From assembly GCA_964016885.1 (NCBI GenBank), contig OZ024741.1, positions 113,088,001 through 113,152,000 on the forward strand: a stretch of 64,000 bases of DNA. Reading direction: 5' to 3'. Below are positions 27,528 through 41,180 of the stretch, piece by piece. The stretch's first letter is position 1, and each line of letters starts with the position of its first letter. The notes below the pieces were generated by a model that was given only the letters and a program-made list of their open reading frames with translations, searched no databases and was not told the origin of the DNA. The translations under genes and the position numbers were made by a program. The stretch comes from Eledone cirrhosa. Taxonomy: Eukaryota.

Positions 27528-30510
27528 TACATCATCATCATCCTCATGATACGTCCGCTTTTCCCTGCTTGCAAGGGTGGGACGGGTCCTATTCAGCACA
27601 GCATCTCTCCACTTGTCACGGTCCTTCATCATCTCCACCATGAGCTTCAGCGATCTGAGGTCTGCTCTCACCACCTCCGCCCATGAATTTTGTGGTCTTC
27701 CTCTACTGCGTCTTCCTTCAACTGGCATTTCTTAGCAGTTCTTTACCCAGCGGCCATCCTCCATGCACATCACATGTCCATACAATCACAGTCTTCTCTC
27801 CTGCACACTACAACTTATTCCTCTCAAACACAGTTTCTCTCTCAACACATCCATGCTCGGTCGTTCACATTACATTGACATTGCACATCCAATGGAGCAT
27901 GCTTGCTTCATTTCTCTCCAGCCATTGCATGTCATCTGCAGTTGCTGCCCATGTTTCACTACCATGCAGCATCGCGCACCTCACACAGGCATCATATAAC
28001 CGTCCTTGCATACACAGGGAGAAACCCTTCTTTGTCAACAGAAGAAGCAGCTCCCTAAACTTCTTCCAACCCGTCCTTATTCTAGATTTTATGGCCTCGG
28101 AACACCCCCATCCCATGCTAATCTGATCACCTAGGTTCTACTGCATACATATTTTCCCCTACCTGTTAGATTGCCTGCTATCCCACTACATCTCTTGTGT
28201 ACCCAAGATCTGTATTGCGTACATTTTATAAAATTAATGCTAGTTCCTTTTCAGCATATCGAACATGGCCATTTCCCTGACGGAATCAGAGTTTTGTCCT
28301 CTTTACTACTCATCAACACTTTTGTCTTAGCTAGATTCACTCTCAGTCCTCTTAATTCCAACTGCTGTTTCCATAGCCAGAATTTATTTTCTAGCTCCTC
28401 TACTGATTCTGCTATAAGAACCAGATCGTCAGCCTAAAGAAGTTCCCATGGGCAGCCAGTTTTTAACTCCTCTGTTATGGCTTGGAGGACTATAATGAAC
28501 AAGAGCAGGCCGAGGACCGAACCCTGATGTACTCCTACTTGTATCTGGAATTCATCACTAAACTCAATTCCTACCCTCACTTTACTGACAGCACCTCTGT
28601 ACAAAGCTTGCACTGTCCTCACAAGCCATTCCTCAACACCTAGTTTCCATAGGGCCCACCAGATGACAGATCTGGGAACCCTATCAAAGGCCTTCTCTAG
28701 GTCAATGAAAGCTAAGTATAGTGGCTTATTCTTCTCTAAGAACCTCTCTTGTAGTTGCCTCACTAAGAAGGCACAAAACTAAACTGCATCTCATCTAGTT
28801 TGACCCTTTCTCTAATTAGTTGCGCTAATATCCTTTCTGTCACTTTCATAACCTGATCCATCAAGGTTATGCCCATATAATTGCTCCTCTCCAGAGCATC
28901 CCTTTTACCTGTGTAGCAATTTATGAGAATACTGCTGCACTAGTCTTTGGGTATGACACCATATATAGCCTGATTGATGATGCATGCAACCAGTTTAGCG
29001 GCCTTACCATTTTTCATTTCCTTAATCGCCTCTTGGACCCTATATTCATCAATCTCAATAGCTGGTCCCTCTGTTGGATCTACTAGGGGTAATTTCTCTT
29101 TCTCCCATTCGTTCTCCACATTCATCAGTCTCTCATAATGACATTTCCAGGCCTCCTTTTCCTGATCATTCATGACACTAAGTATACCGGCATCATTCCA
29201 GATGCACATGTCTCCAAAAACATCCTGATTTGCACTGACACACTGCCTTGCAATGTGGAACACTGCATATCTCTGATCTTCCCGTCACAGAATATTGGCA
29301 AACCTCATACTCTCAGCCTCCCTGCATGCTAATTACACCTGATGTCTAGCTTCTCTCTTAGCAGCTGTGTATCCTTCTCTACTCCCACCATTTTCCCAAG
29401 CGTTCCATGCTAGTCCTTTGTCTCTAATGGCCCTATCTGCCGTGACGTTCCACCACCAGGTCACTCTCTGTCTGGTTGGATCTCTGCTCCAGCCACAAGT
29501 TCCTTCAGTAAGCTGTCATGTAAGAAATTCCAGTTATCTATGTCATATGACTCTAAATCATGTTCTTTTTAGTCATACACATCTTGAAGGGCTTTCCTGA
29601 ATTCATATTTTAGTGAAAGGTCTTTCAGCTTCCAGACCTTTATTTTCCACAACTTTCTGTATGTCTCATTCTGTCTCTTGCTTACTGAGATATCACTAAC
29701 AAACTAACCTATGCTGTGGGGTACATTCTTCCCCGGGGTATGCCTTGGTATTTGACACCATCTGTCGGTCTCGCTGCCTAACAAGCAAGAAGTCAATCTG
29801 GCTTATGTGCTCGCCCAATTTGTAGGTTATTAGGTGGTTGGTACATTTCTAGAAGTTAGTGTTGCAAATGGTTAGTGCACTTGCATCACAAAATTCAAGA
29901 AGCCTCACTCCTTCATTTCTTGAGCTGTAACCTTGCCCACCATGTACTCCAGTGTATCCATCCTGGAGCTGTCCAACATGACCATTGAAGTCCCCTGCTA
30001 GCATAACCATGTCTCTGTCCTCTGTCATTGAGGCTGTTTGTAAAAGTTGCTCGTAAAAGCAGTCTTTCTCATCTTTGCCTAGGCCTGCCTGGTGAGCATA
30101 GGCAGAGATGATTGTCAGTAGTCTCTTGCCTACAACTAATCTAAGCTTAATTATTCTATCACTAACTCTAACTACCTCTATTGTCTTATTGATCCATCTC
30201 TCAGCCAGTAATATGCCCACCCCACCTAACCCATCATCATTACCCACCCAGAAAAGCGTATAACTACACTGTTTGCCTGCAATTAGTCTTGCAGAGGCAC
30301 CTCTCCATCTCACTTCTTGCATGCAGCACACATCCACATGCCTTCTCTCCAGCATCTCCACTATCTCACCAGATCTACCTGTTATAGTGCCAACATTAAG
30401 TGTGGCAACTCTGAGATGCAACGTCTTCATATTCTTGTTCTTTTTCCTCTTGTGTGATTGCTTTATGACAGTCAGGGGGTTCTCACACATGGCCACACCA
30501 GCCACACCAC
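27528..30510 (-). mobile_element. RTE-clade LINE family A, near full-length APE plus RT, decayed
   Basis: APE motifs VATLNVGT, DVCCMQEVRW and AGDFNGHVG (ORF 29849-30505); RT motifs FIDLEKAFDRVP and GVHQGS; multiple stops and frameshifts; (CAT)n-like tail. Confidence 0.95.
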
Positions 30511-30775
30511 TACCGTATTTATATGGCTATATGTGTATATATATTATTGTGTGTATACAGTTTAGAATACCATATCTCTGTATGTTATAAGCGGGGACTA
30601 AAATGGTTGGTGTCCTGGAAGGGCCTCCTGCCATAATACACTGCCTTAAAAAAGCTTCATAATGAGTGTGATTAAACCTATCATGGAGGCCACAAGGCTA
30701 ACATCTTGTCGTAGTAGGGAATATGGCTTTAAAAAGCTTACTACTACACCCACCACCACTGCTGATGCTGTTGCA

Positions 30776-30821
30776 CTACTACTACTACTACTACTGCTAA
30801 TACTATTACTACTACTACTAT

Positions 30822-30851
<30 letters not shown>
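30776..30851. repeat. (CTA)n microsatellite, probably the tail of a short retroposon end at about 30600-30745
   Basis: Directly visible. Confidence 0.85.
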
Positions 30852-30853
<2 letters not shown>

Positions 30854-31951
30854 GTATATGTATATATGTACTTATTGAACATCTGAAATATTTTATATAT
30901 TTTCACAGTTCTGTCAATGGTGTGTAATTTTAATTTCTTAAGAACTAACAGAGTGTTTGATATAAGCCATTGGAAATTTGCCCTGAAAGACCAGTGACAC
31001 CAACACCAATTCTCTTATTAGTGGTAAAATTGAGTACAGTTGATGTTCTATTCTTCTATAAAAAGAATATAAATTTATCAGTAAATGGTGGCTGGATGTG
31101 TGAAAGTAAAATACATATACAAAATGAATGGATGTGCTAATTGTCATGATATATTGCTATATTATTAAAGTTTCATATTTTTAGTCATAACTAATGATTT
31201 ATCTTTTTTTAATAATTCAGTGGAGAAAGTTTTGGTGGTTGGTGTAGATGGTGTAAAATATAGGATATATTTAGTTATTTAGATTGTTATTTGACGTTAA
31301 AACTGCACTATATCTATCGGTGTATGTGTGTAGAGAGAGATATATATATAGTGGGTGTGTGTATAGATATAGTGTGTGTTTGAGTATATATATATAAATA
31401 TAAAATGGTGATGATGATGATATATATATATATCATCATTATCTAACGTTTGTTTTCACTGTTAGCTAGGAGTAAATGGGTCATCATAAGTCAGTACTTA
31501 ACTGGAGCTATGGACCTCTCAGATAGTATTGGAGGTGGGGTGCATTTTATTTACATATGTTCGTGCACTTTACAGAGTGTACTGGGCATATTTTATCGTA
31601 GCACCAGCACTAGAGAGATTGTCTTGTCTTTCTCACAACAGAAGAGTCCTCTCTATTTTGTTTGACAAGTTTTCTGTGGGTGGATGCATTTCCTATCACC
31701 AATCATTTTACAGAGTGTACTGGGTACATTTCATCATGTCATGATTATTAGAGAAATTTCTGTGACATTAACTCAACTAAAGAGTCTTCATAACCTTTTT
31801 TTAGTATGATTTCTACAACTGGATTCCCACCCTATCACTAACTATATTTCAGGGTGTATTTACGGAATTTATTGTGGTACCAGAACTATATATATATGAG
31901 GAAAAGAAATCGAAAATGCAACTGGAGTCTTTTTAAGAATGTTTATTTATT

Positions 31952-31991
31952 TACTTTATCGGTTTCACAGTTCTTATGCTTTTCAAAAGTA
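31952..31991 (-). ncRNA. Minimal type I hammerhead, U3-A8 variant, slightly decayed
   Basis: Minus strand UACUU-UUGAAAA-GCA(UAAGAAC)UGU-GAAA-CCGA-UA-AAGUA: 5-bp stem I; stem III is one change from the palindrome CCGG. Confidence 0.6.
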
Positions 31992-32499
31992 GAATTGAGA
32001 TAGAGGGTTTGTAGTTTTTCTCAGATATATAGATGGAAAAATTAGGTTTTCAATCATTTTTAATTCTTTACACATGCTTCAAGAGAATAGTTATACATTG
32101 GAAGAATGTTAAGTGTAATTCATATAATCAAAGTCTATACATACAAAACGATAATTTAATTTGCAATATAAAGCCATTCTTCTACACACAAACACACACA
32201 CACACACACACGTGAAAACCTTCCTCTCAATAGATCTTACAAAACTTGTCATCCCGATACAATTACTACACTCAAACTATTTTTAAATGGCCTGTTGAAT
32301 CTATTGTTTTGATATTGTTTTTGAATCGGGTTTTTTGGAAAAGAATTTTTAAAGAACTCTTATTCGTTTCTCTAAAAGTTTTGGGAGATTTCTGGAAATC
32401 TTGAATTTTCTTGAGTATTCTTGTAATCTGTTGTTATAGTGAATGATATATGAGTATTGAACTGTCAACCTATGTGGAATATTGATGATGCATAGATAC

Positions 32500-32932
32500 A
32501 CTCTGATGATGCCGACCTTGAACCAACTCCTGAAGGTCAAGTTATAAAACTATAAAAGTTTAATTGGTGCTCTGAAATAGCGATATATATATGAATGTAT
32601 ATATAATGTATTTTGACGACCATACCCTATTGTTTTAAAGTAGTGACATTGTCGCTTACTTACATTTTCGGCAGACAGGTGGAAATAAGTTGACAGCTCT
32701 TTTTGGTACTTATCAAAACTCACTACTCTCCTTGTCTGTCGAAAATTATGTGTGTTGGATTCTTATAGAATTCCAGTAACAATCAGGAACTGATTTTACA
32801 GAGCAGTCGCCAACCCAGCAGAAATTGAAAATTAGAATTGGTGCTCTGAAATAGCGATATAAAATTTTAAATTTTGAAGTTTTGGGAATTGTAATTTTAT
32901 GGTGAATTTAGGCGGCAGAAACATATGTCAGT
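32500..32932 (+). ncRNA. Split type I hammerhead with a roughly 390-nt loop II
   Basis: ACU-CUGAUGA-UGCCG(A)CCU at 32500-32518 pairs with AGG-CGGCA-GAAA-CAUAUG-UC-AGU at 32910-32932. Confidence 0.65.
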
Positions 32933-32994
32933 TTGACAATGCATTGAATCTTTGGTGTTTTTAAAATTAGTATATATATATGTATGTAGAAAAG

Positions 32995-33402
32995 GGTGAT
33001 TAGAGAGGACATGCATAGATTGAGGAGAAATGAAGTGACCATACTTTGTGAATGTACAAATATAAATGTGAGAGAAAGGCAGAACCTGGATAGACTGAGG
33101 GAGAAACTGGATTTAAGAAATATCTGAAGTGGTGTGTAAGACAGAAGACTGCATTGGTATGGATATGTGATGTGCATGGATGATGATAATTGGGTGAAGA
33201 AGTGCCAGAAACTCTCAGTGGAATGAAGCCAGAGTAAAGATAGACCAAGAAAGATTTGGCCAGAGGTAGTGAACTGATCTCAAATTGCTGAGACTCACAG
33301 AAGTCAGTGACGATGGAATGAAATGAGTGGAGACATACTGTGTTGTAAAGGACGTGACCAACTCATGTGAGTGTGGAAAATGGATGTAAAAACAATGATG
33401 AC
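32995..33402 (+). mobile_element. Old RTE 3' fragment
   Basis: EDMHRLRRNEVTIL...RRLHWYGYVMCMDDDNWVKKCQ, homologous to the RTE-A C-terminus. Confidence 0.75.
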
Positions 33403-33878
33403 GCTATACACACACACACACACACATGCATATATATAACATACACTTATAAGATGAAAATTGGTTTGTTCCAATTCTAAAACCATTGTTAATTGCTAGC
33501 TACATAATTTTAGTATTGTTTTGATTCATTTATTTTGTTGCTGGACGTATTTAATAATCACTTAGTAGGAGTGACACATGCTTAGGTATTGCTTATTATG
33601 TGTAGTGTGTTATCAGCATAAGTTTCTTTGGGACAAGGCTTTGTGGTTTGACATTTATCTTTTCTGTAGTTCCATACCTACAAGAAAAAGTAGGACAATA
33701 AGATAAACTTAAGGATTAACCCAGTTGAAATTTTCCTGTGAGTTATAACCCAACTATTTATATGTTTTTATCAACAAGTCTAGAATTTTATATTATTTCA
33801 ATGCAGCTTGTAAATGTATGTATTAGTGCATGTGTATATGTGTGTGTGTTTCTGGTATTGTTATTTTATAAATCTTCA

Positions 33879-33985
<107 letters not shown>

Positions 33986-34317
33986 TTTCTAGCATAGAAA
34001 CAAGACACTTTCAATATAATTTAGACAACATCAACTAGTTAAATATGTATGTATGCCTGTATGTGTGTGTGTGTGTAAGTATGGATGTTATTGTATGTGT
34101 GGATCTGTATGTTTTGTGTTATATGTGTACACATGCATATAGCTCTGTATCTATACATGTGTATACACAGTTATTACATGCTGCATTTTTTAGATGTTTT
34201 ACATATTTTTTTACAGTTCCATTAATGGACTGTACTTGCAACTTCTTAACTTAATGTATGCATGTATGTATGTGTGTATGTATGGATGTATGTATGTAAG
34301 TATCCATGCATGTATAC

Positions 34318-37281
34318 ATCATCATCATCATCATCACCGTTTTACGTCCGTTCTTCCACGCTAGCATGGGTTAGATGGGTTGTCCTGTTGTGGGCAGTGT
34401 CTGGTTGGCTGACCATGCCTTGCTCATACAGGAACTGATTTGGCTTAATTTCTACAGCTGGATGCCCTTCCTAACACCAACCTCATTTACAGTGAGTGCT
34501 GAGTGCTTTTTCGTGGCGCCTACACGTCCACTTTACAGTGTGGGCTGGGTGCTTTTATGCCGTGGCACCTCCACGACCACCTTGCGGTGGGGGTGTGGGG
34601 GCATATTGTCTATATGCTTCAGCTTGTACCCATGGGAGGTCGAGTACTCTGTATTACTGCATGACGCCAGAAGTCACGGTCATGTGTCATTGTCTTTGAG
34701 AGGTGCAATTGGGTAAGGTCGGCTTTTATCACTTCATCCCAGGTCATATTGGGTCTCCCCACTACGCGGTTTCCATCAACTTCTAGTGCTCTGCACCTTT
34801 TTATGCAGCTGTCATCCTTCATACGCATCACATGTCCATACCAGCGCAACCGCCTCTCCTGCACACCACATTTGATTCCTCTTATGCTCAGTCTCTCTCT
34901 CAATTCATTTATGCTTTGTCGTTCACGTATATTACTGTTACACATCCATCGGAGCATGCAGGCTTCGTTTCTCTCTAATCTACGTCAGTCTTCCACCTTC
35001 AGCGCCCAGGTCTCACTACCATGCAACATCGCTGTTCGGATACACGCATCATACAGTCTGCCTTTCATTCTGAGGGAGAAGCCTTTTGCAGCTAGTAGTG
35101 GTAGTAGTTCCCTAAACTTCTTCCATCCCGTTCTTACCCTAGTTATTGTACTTTCTGAACACCCACCTCCGCTGCTAATTCGGTCACCTAGGTAGCAGAA
35201 GCTGTCTACTGTTTCTACAGGGCCCTCCCAGAGATTGGTGGTACTTGTTTCCTGTGGCTGTTTGCTGCTTGCTGTCTCAGCACAGCTGCTGCATGTGAAT
35301 CCTACATTCTTAATTAAGCTTCCTGAGATCCCGCTACATCTCTTGTGTACCCATTGTTTGCATTTGGGGCAGAGAATGGAGTTCCTACCTACACCTTTCC
35401 TACATACTGAGCAAGGCCATTTCCCTAAGGGGATCTGGGTTCTGTTTTCTCGTCTACTTACAAGGACCTTAGTCTTTGTCATGTTGACTTTGAGACCCTT
35501 TCTTTCTAGTCCCTGCTTCCAAGTTTGGAATTTCTTCTCTAGTTCTACCATAGATTCAGCTATGAGTGCGAGGTCATCAGCATACAGGAGTTCCCATGGG
35601 CATCCGGTCTTAAACTCCTCCGTTATTGCCTGCAGGACTATGATGAACAGGAGAGGGCTAAGAACAGAGCACTGGTGGACCCCAACCTGTACGCTAAATT
35701 CCTCACTATACTCATTGCTAATCCTAACTTTGCTGACTGCTCCCCTATACATGGCTTGTACCGCTTTCACAAGCCATTCATCTACTCATAGTTTTCTAAG
35801 AGCCCACCAGATTACAGAACGTGGAACTCTGTCAAAAGCTTTCTCAAGGTCGACAAATGCCAAGTAGAGTGGCTTACTTTTAGCTAGGTACTTTTCCTGT
35901 AATTGCCTCACAAGGAAGAGAGCATCAGTGGTGCCTCTCCCTGGTACAAACCCAAATTGCATCTCGTCTATTTTCACCCGGTCCCTAATCAGCTGTGCCA
36001 TAACTCTTTCTGTTACTTTCATGACCTGGTCCATCAACTTCATACCTCTATAGTTTCCTCTATCTAGTGCATCGCCTTTACCTTTGTAGCAGTTGACAAT
36101 GATGCTACTGCACCAATCTTTTGGTATGGCACCTTCTAGTATTACCTGGTTAACGATACGTGTGTTTATAGTGTGACCTACAGACCCAGATGCCTTCAGC
36201 ATCTCTGCAGCTATACCCGATGGACCGGTTGCCTTCCCCATCTTCATATCTTTGATTGCCTTACTTACTACGCTGCTGCTGACTTGTACTGCTGGTCCCT
36301 CTATAGGGTCTACTTGGGGTAGGGTCTCTTCTTCCCATGCATTCTCCTCATTTAGTAATCTATCATAATGACTCTTCCAATCATCTTTCTTCTCAGCACT
36401 TATGAGGGCAAGCTCACCTTTATCATTCCGGATACACTTCTCTCCAATGACATCACAACTATCTCTGACACACTGCCTCGCAATCTTGAATACCTCCTGT
36501 TTCTGGTCCTCACGTTGCAAAACATGCTTGAATTTTCTATCCTCTGCTTCCCTCCTAGCTAAGTATATTTGTCGCCTAGCTTCCCTCTTGGTCTCTATGT
36601 AATGTACCCTGCTCCCCCCGTTCTTCCATACTTTCCATGCCCGTCTCTTGGCCTTACCTGCTTCATCTACCTTATTGTTCCACCACCAAGTCACTCTCCT
36701 CCTGCTTCAGGTCTTACTCCAGCCACAGACCTCATCCGTTGCCTCTAGTAAATTATTTTTTAGGAACTCCCAGTTCTCTTCTACATTAAATGACTCTATC
36801 TGTTCTTCTTTACTGTCGTAGGCGTTGAGTAAAATATCTTTAAATCTGTTACTGATTGAGGGGACTTTCAGCTTCCAGATCTTTCTTCTCCAGGTTGGCC
36901 CCTGTTTCCGGGTTCGTCTAGTTCTGACCGTGAGGTCGCTGACAACTAAGCTATGTTGGGATGTACATTCCTCACTAGGGAAGGTTTTTTGTGTTTACGA
37001 CCGTCCATCTGTCACGTCCTCTGATGAGGATAAAATCTAACTGACTAGAGTGCTCCCCTGATCTATAGGTGATCAGGTGGTTGTCGGGTTTTTTAAAGTT
37101 TGTGTTACATATCGACATGTCATTGGCGTCGCAGAATTCTAGAAGTCTGAATCCTTCCTCATTCCTTGTGCCAACCCCATGGCCTCCATGTACTCTATTG
37201 AAACCGTCGCAGTGTTTACCTACGTGTCCGTTAAAATCTCCTGCAATGATTAGGAAGTCATTGTCGTCTGTTAGAGCAGTA
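34318..37281 (-). mobile_element. RTE-clade LINE family B, 5'-truncated inside the APE domain, with few lesions
   Basis: ORFs 36975-37400 (IAGDFNGHVG), 35786-36694 (GNYRGMKL, QFGFVPGRGTTDA, FVDLEKAFDRVP), 34985-35770 (LLYADDL) and 34619-34957; roughly 300-nt 3' UTR; (CAT)n tail. Confidence 0.96.
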
Positions 37282-37512
37282 GTGTGCATGTATGTATGTA
37301 TGCATATATGGATATATGCATCTGTGTATGTATGCATATATATACATATGTATATAATGTGCGTGTATATTTTTAAACTTTGATTTATGTAAGTGTACAT
37401 ACATGCGTATGTGTATGTGCATGCATTTAATTACACATGTACTTATTAAAACTGTGGAATGTTTTACATATTTTCACAGTTCCATCAATTATTAATTATC
37501 TTCTTCTTCTTC

Positions 37513-37547
<35 letters not shown>

Positions 37548-40500
37548 GTTGTTGTTGTTATTACTCTTTGAGTCTCAGTCATTGATGTTAGTTAACTGTA
37601 AAGTTTGTTGAAATGAATATCAAGCCACTACCTGCAGCCTCAGATATTCAGGACGTATCGGAGGGATCTTGCTGTTCCCAGCAAGCATGCCTTTTGAAGC
37701 ATTCCAAAAAGCGTGAAGCGGCCAATTTTCTTTAACCATCCCTGGAAACTTTTTGAGATAGTCCCTAGTGCGCCTATGACAATCGGGATCACTTTGACTT
37801 CATGGCAGTTCCAAATCCTTTTTACCTCCCACTTTAAGTCCTGGTATCGTTTAATTTTCTCCCTCTCCTTCTCTTGCACTCTCGTGTCGAATGGGCAGGC
37901 CACATCCACAATCAGGCACAATCTTTTTTCTTTGTCCACAACCACCAGGTCAGGTCTATTGTGTTCCAGTTTCTTGTCCATCTGTATCCTAAAATCCCAC
38001 AGCACCTTCACCTGATCGTTTTCTATCACCGCCTCTGGCTTATGCTCATACCACTTCTCAGAATGTGGTAAATTGTTTACTTTGCATAGGTGCCAGTGGA
38101 TCACCCTGCCCATCACATCATGTCTCCAGCCCTTATAGTGAGTCCGGGCTAGGTGTTTACACTCGGATACAATGTGAGCCACAGTCTCCTCTCTCTTTCC
38201 ACAGATCCTGCACAGTGGGCTAGCCTCCTCCTTGTAAATATGGTGTTTCAACCACTTTGTTTTGAGGACCTGCTCCTGCGCAGCCATTAACATTCCTTCT
38301 GTAGCCTTTTTAAGGTCTCCTCTTTTCAACCAGTTCCATGTCTGTGGATCTCTAAATTCAGTTTTCTCAAAGAAGGTACTATGAAGGGATTTTTCCTGAA
38401 GGCTGCTCTTTCTCCTTGATGTTATTTCCTCCTTGGACATCCCCTGGCCTATTGTCCCCTCCTTCAGTACAGTTCTGAGCATTGGCTCCTTACTATCAGT
38501 CATGTATTTGTGTAGGTTGTTTTTCTCCATCTGAACACAGTCCTCTATGCTGATAAGACCTCTTCCACCTTCAGTTCTCCTTAAGTAGAGTCTATCGACA
38601 TCACTCCTCTTGTGGAACATGTTGTAGATAGTCAATAGCTTCCTAGTCTTCCTATCCATTTCTTTTTGTTCAGCAACATTCCATCTCAGAATTCCCGCAC
38701 TGTACCTAATAATAGACACAGCTCGGGAGTTTACTGCACTTATGGCATTCCTACTGTTCAGGTGTGACTTTAATATGCTCCTTACTCTCCAAATGTATTC
38801 AGTTCTTATCAATTCCTTCATTTTTTTGTTCTTAATGTCATCAGCCTCCAGAACGCCCAAATACTTGTATCCTTCTTCAGAGTCAATTTCCTTTATCATG
38901 TCACCTGTTGGTACCTGGATTCCGTTACTTCTGCTCAACTTACCCCTCCTCATCACAATGACTCCACACTTACTAATACCAAATTGCATACATATATCAT
39001 TGCTGAAAATACGGACAGTGTCAACAAGCACATCCAACTCCTCACTCTTCCCGAAGAGCTTAAGATCGTCCATGAAGAGGAGGTGATTGATGGTAAGCCC
39101 TCCCTTTCCCAACCTGTATCCTGCTCTCACTTTTCGCAGTACACTGGTCAGAGGCATCAGGGCAAGGACAAACAACAGAGGGGACAGACTATCTCCCTGG
39201 AAGATACCTCTCTTGATCTTCACGCTTCTCAAGGATTCTCCAGTTGATGTCAACTCTGTTTCCCAGGACTTCATACTTTTGCCCAACAACTGTCTGATGT
39301 TATCTGCCACCTTGAAAATCTCCAGGCTTTTGGTGATCCAAGCATGAGGCACCATGTCAAATGCCTTTTTGTAGTCTATCCATCCAATGGCAAGACCAGT
39401 GTGTCTCCTCTTGCAATTCCTCATTACCATCTTATCAATAAGTAACTGGTCCTTTGTACCACGTGACTTCTTTTGGCATCCTTTCTGTTCGTCCGGTAAT
39501 AAGTTGCTTGTGTGGAGGTGATGGTAGATTTCCTCAGACATAATGCTTGTCAACAGTTTCCACATTACGGACAGACATGTGATAGGTCTATAGTTGGTAA
39601 CATCATTACCCTTGATTCGGTCTTTCATTATCAGAACTGTGGTACCCTTTGTCAACCACTCTGGTACCTCACCTGACATCAAGTAGTCATTGAATATGGT
39701 TGTCAGTTTCGGGTGGAGGGATGTTATGTTTTTAATCCAATACCCCTGCACACCATCTGGGCCTGGTGATTTCCAGTTGGTTAGTTTTTTGGCCTGCCCC
39801 TTAAGAGTTTCAACTGTGATACTCAAATCTGTTTGTTGGTGTGCCTGTTCACTAATCTCCTTCTGTACTGTCTCAATCCACACTGCCTGGTCATTATGTT
39901 TAACATCCTGCTCCCATATTCCTCTCCAGAATATTTTAGTTTGTTCCGCCTCAGGGATCAAGTCGTTGCTTCTTTCTTTCCCTTCAAGCCGTCCAAACAG
40001 CATCTTCTGGTTGTTGTCAAACATGCGGTTCTGTCTATACTGACTGACTCTGTTCTCGTATCGCCTGATTTTTGCACTCTTTGCTACAATGCGTTGCTTC
40101 AGTTCCTCTATGATAATATTTAGCTTTTTCCTCCTAGTTTTTGTACTTTATTTCCTGTCTATTTTTAGTGTCTATGTTTTTTAGTGTCCCATTCAGTAGG
40201 GACTCAAGCTTTCCAATGTCATTTCTCATTTCCCTGATTTGACCACTCAGTCGTTTCTTCCACCAAGGCTCTGCTCTTTCTTGTCTGTTGTTTCCTCTCG
40301 CTTTCATACCAAGTAGTTTCCTCACCGTATTTGCTGTTGCTTTGAGGATATTGTTGCACTGGTGAAGGCTCCTCGCCTCAAGGTATGGGATGACTTTGTT
40401 TACTTTAGCTCTTGTTTCTTTTAACTTTTTCCTGTCTACAAATCTTAGGTTCATAGGTTTCCCACTATCATTGTTCAATTCATCTACCACTAAATTTAGG

Positions 40501-41180
40501 ATATCAACCAAATCTTGTCCTAGCCCCTCAGCATTCATCTCCTCAGTGGCTGTATCTCTGTTCCAGGTATTATTTATCTCAGCATTCAGATCATTGTCTG
40601 CTTCGGCTGGTTCCTCCGTTCTCTCGACCTCTTCACCTTTATTTCCCACTGGCTCGTTTGCCTGGCATACTCCACTCTCCATCTCCAAGCTAATCTCTCT
40701 GCTCAGTTCCTCCAGTTCCAGCTCGCTTATCCACCCATTAGTTTTTATTACCCGCGCCTGCCCGGCCAATTTTTGTTCATCTAATTTAAATAGACCAATC
40801 TCGTTCCAGATGTTATTCATCCGTTTCCTATAGCCTTTCTCCTTGGGGTTACTCTTCAGGTAACATTGCATTCTATTCTATTCGTTCGTCCAGTTGGTTC
40901 TGGTCCCTTTCCTTCTTCTTCTTCCTCCGACACCAGCAGTATTTGGTTGATAGCCAGGTCCCTGCTGCTGAGCCAGGGAGCACCTGTTGGGTGAGAGTCT
41001 GTCACGTGACATTCTAGTCTCCATTTCACCGTTATTCGAACTGTTTAGGTTCGACATTTAAACACTCTTATCGAGGATTGGCGAATGTATGGTTACATAA
41101 CCACCGGTGAATTCATCGCCTCCGGTGGTTTCGTCACTCCACGTGATTTTTGTGTGGCATCATCACGCTGTAGACGAACA
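37513..41180 (-). mobile_element. Near full-length R4/Dong-type non-LTR retrotransposon (RT, CCHC knuckle, restriction-like endonuclease) ending in (TAA)n
   Basis: RT motifs NYRPITCL, WIDYKKAFDMVPH, IFQGDSLSPLLF and HLLFMDDLKL; knuckle CRICGKREETVAHIVSEC; RHD; REL motif RPDLVVVD...VDVACP...EKIKRYQDL; 3' end runs into (TAA)n/(CAA)n at 37513-37563. Confidence 0.93.
37640..41057 (-). pseudogene. Single ORF of the R4/Dong-type element, about 1,140 codons when reconstructed, with two visible disabling lesions
   Basis: ATG at 41057 (MSNLNSS...), TAG at 40878-40880, and a +1 frameshift in an A-run near 40140. Correcting the frameshift joins the 245-aa and 794-aa ORFs via TRRKKLNIIIEELKQRIVAKSAKIRRYENRVSQYRQNR. 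Confidence 0.85.

Noticed and set aside
34749-35867. Plus-strand ORFs of 148-210 aa overlapping the LINEs
   Set aside because: They are antisense shadows of RT coding sequence.
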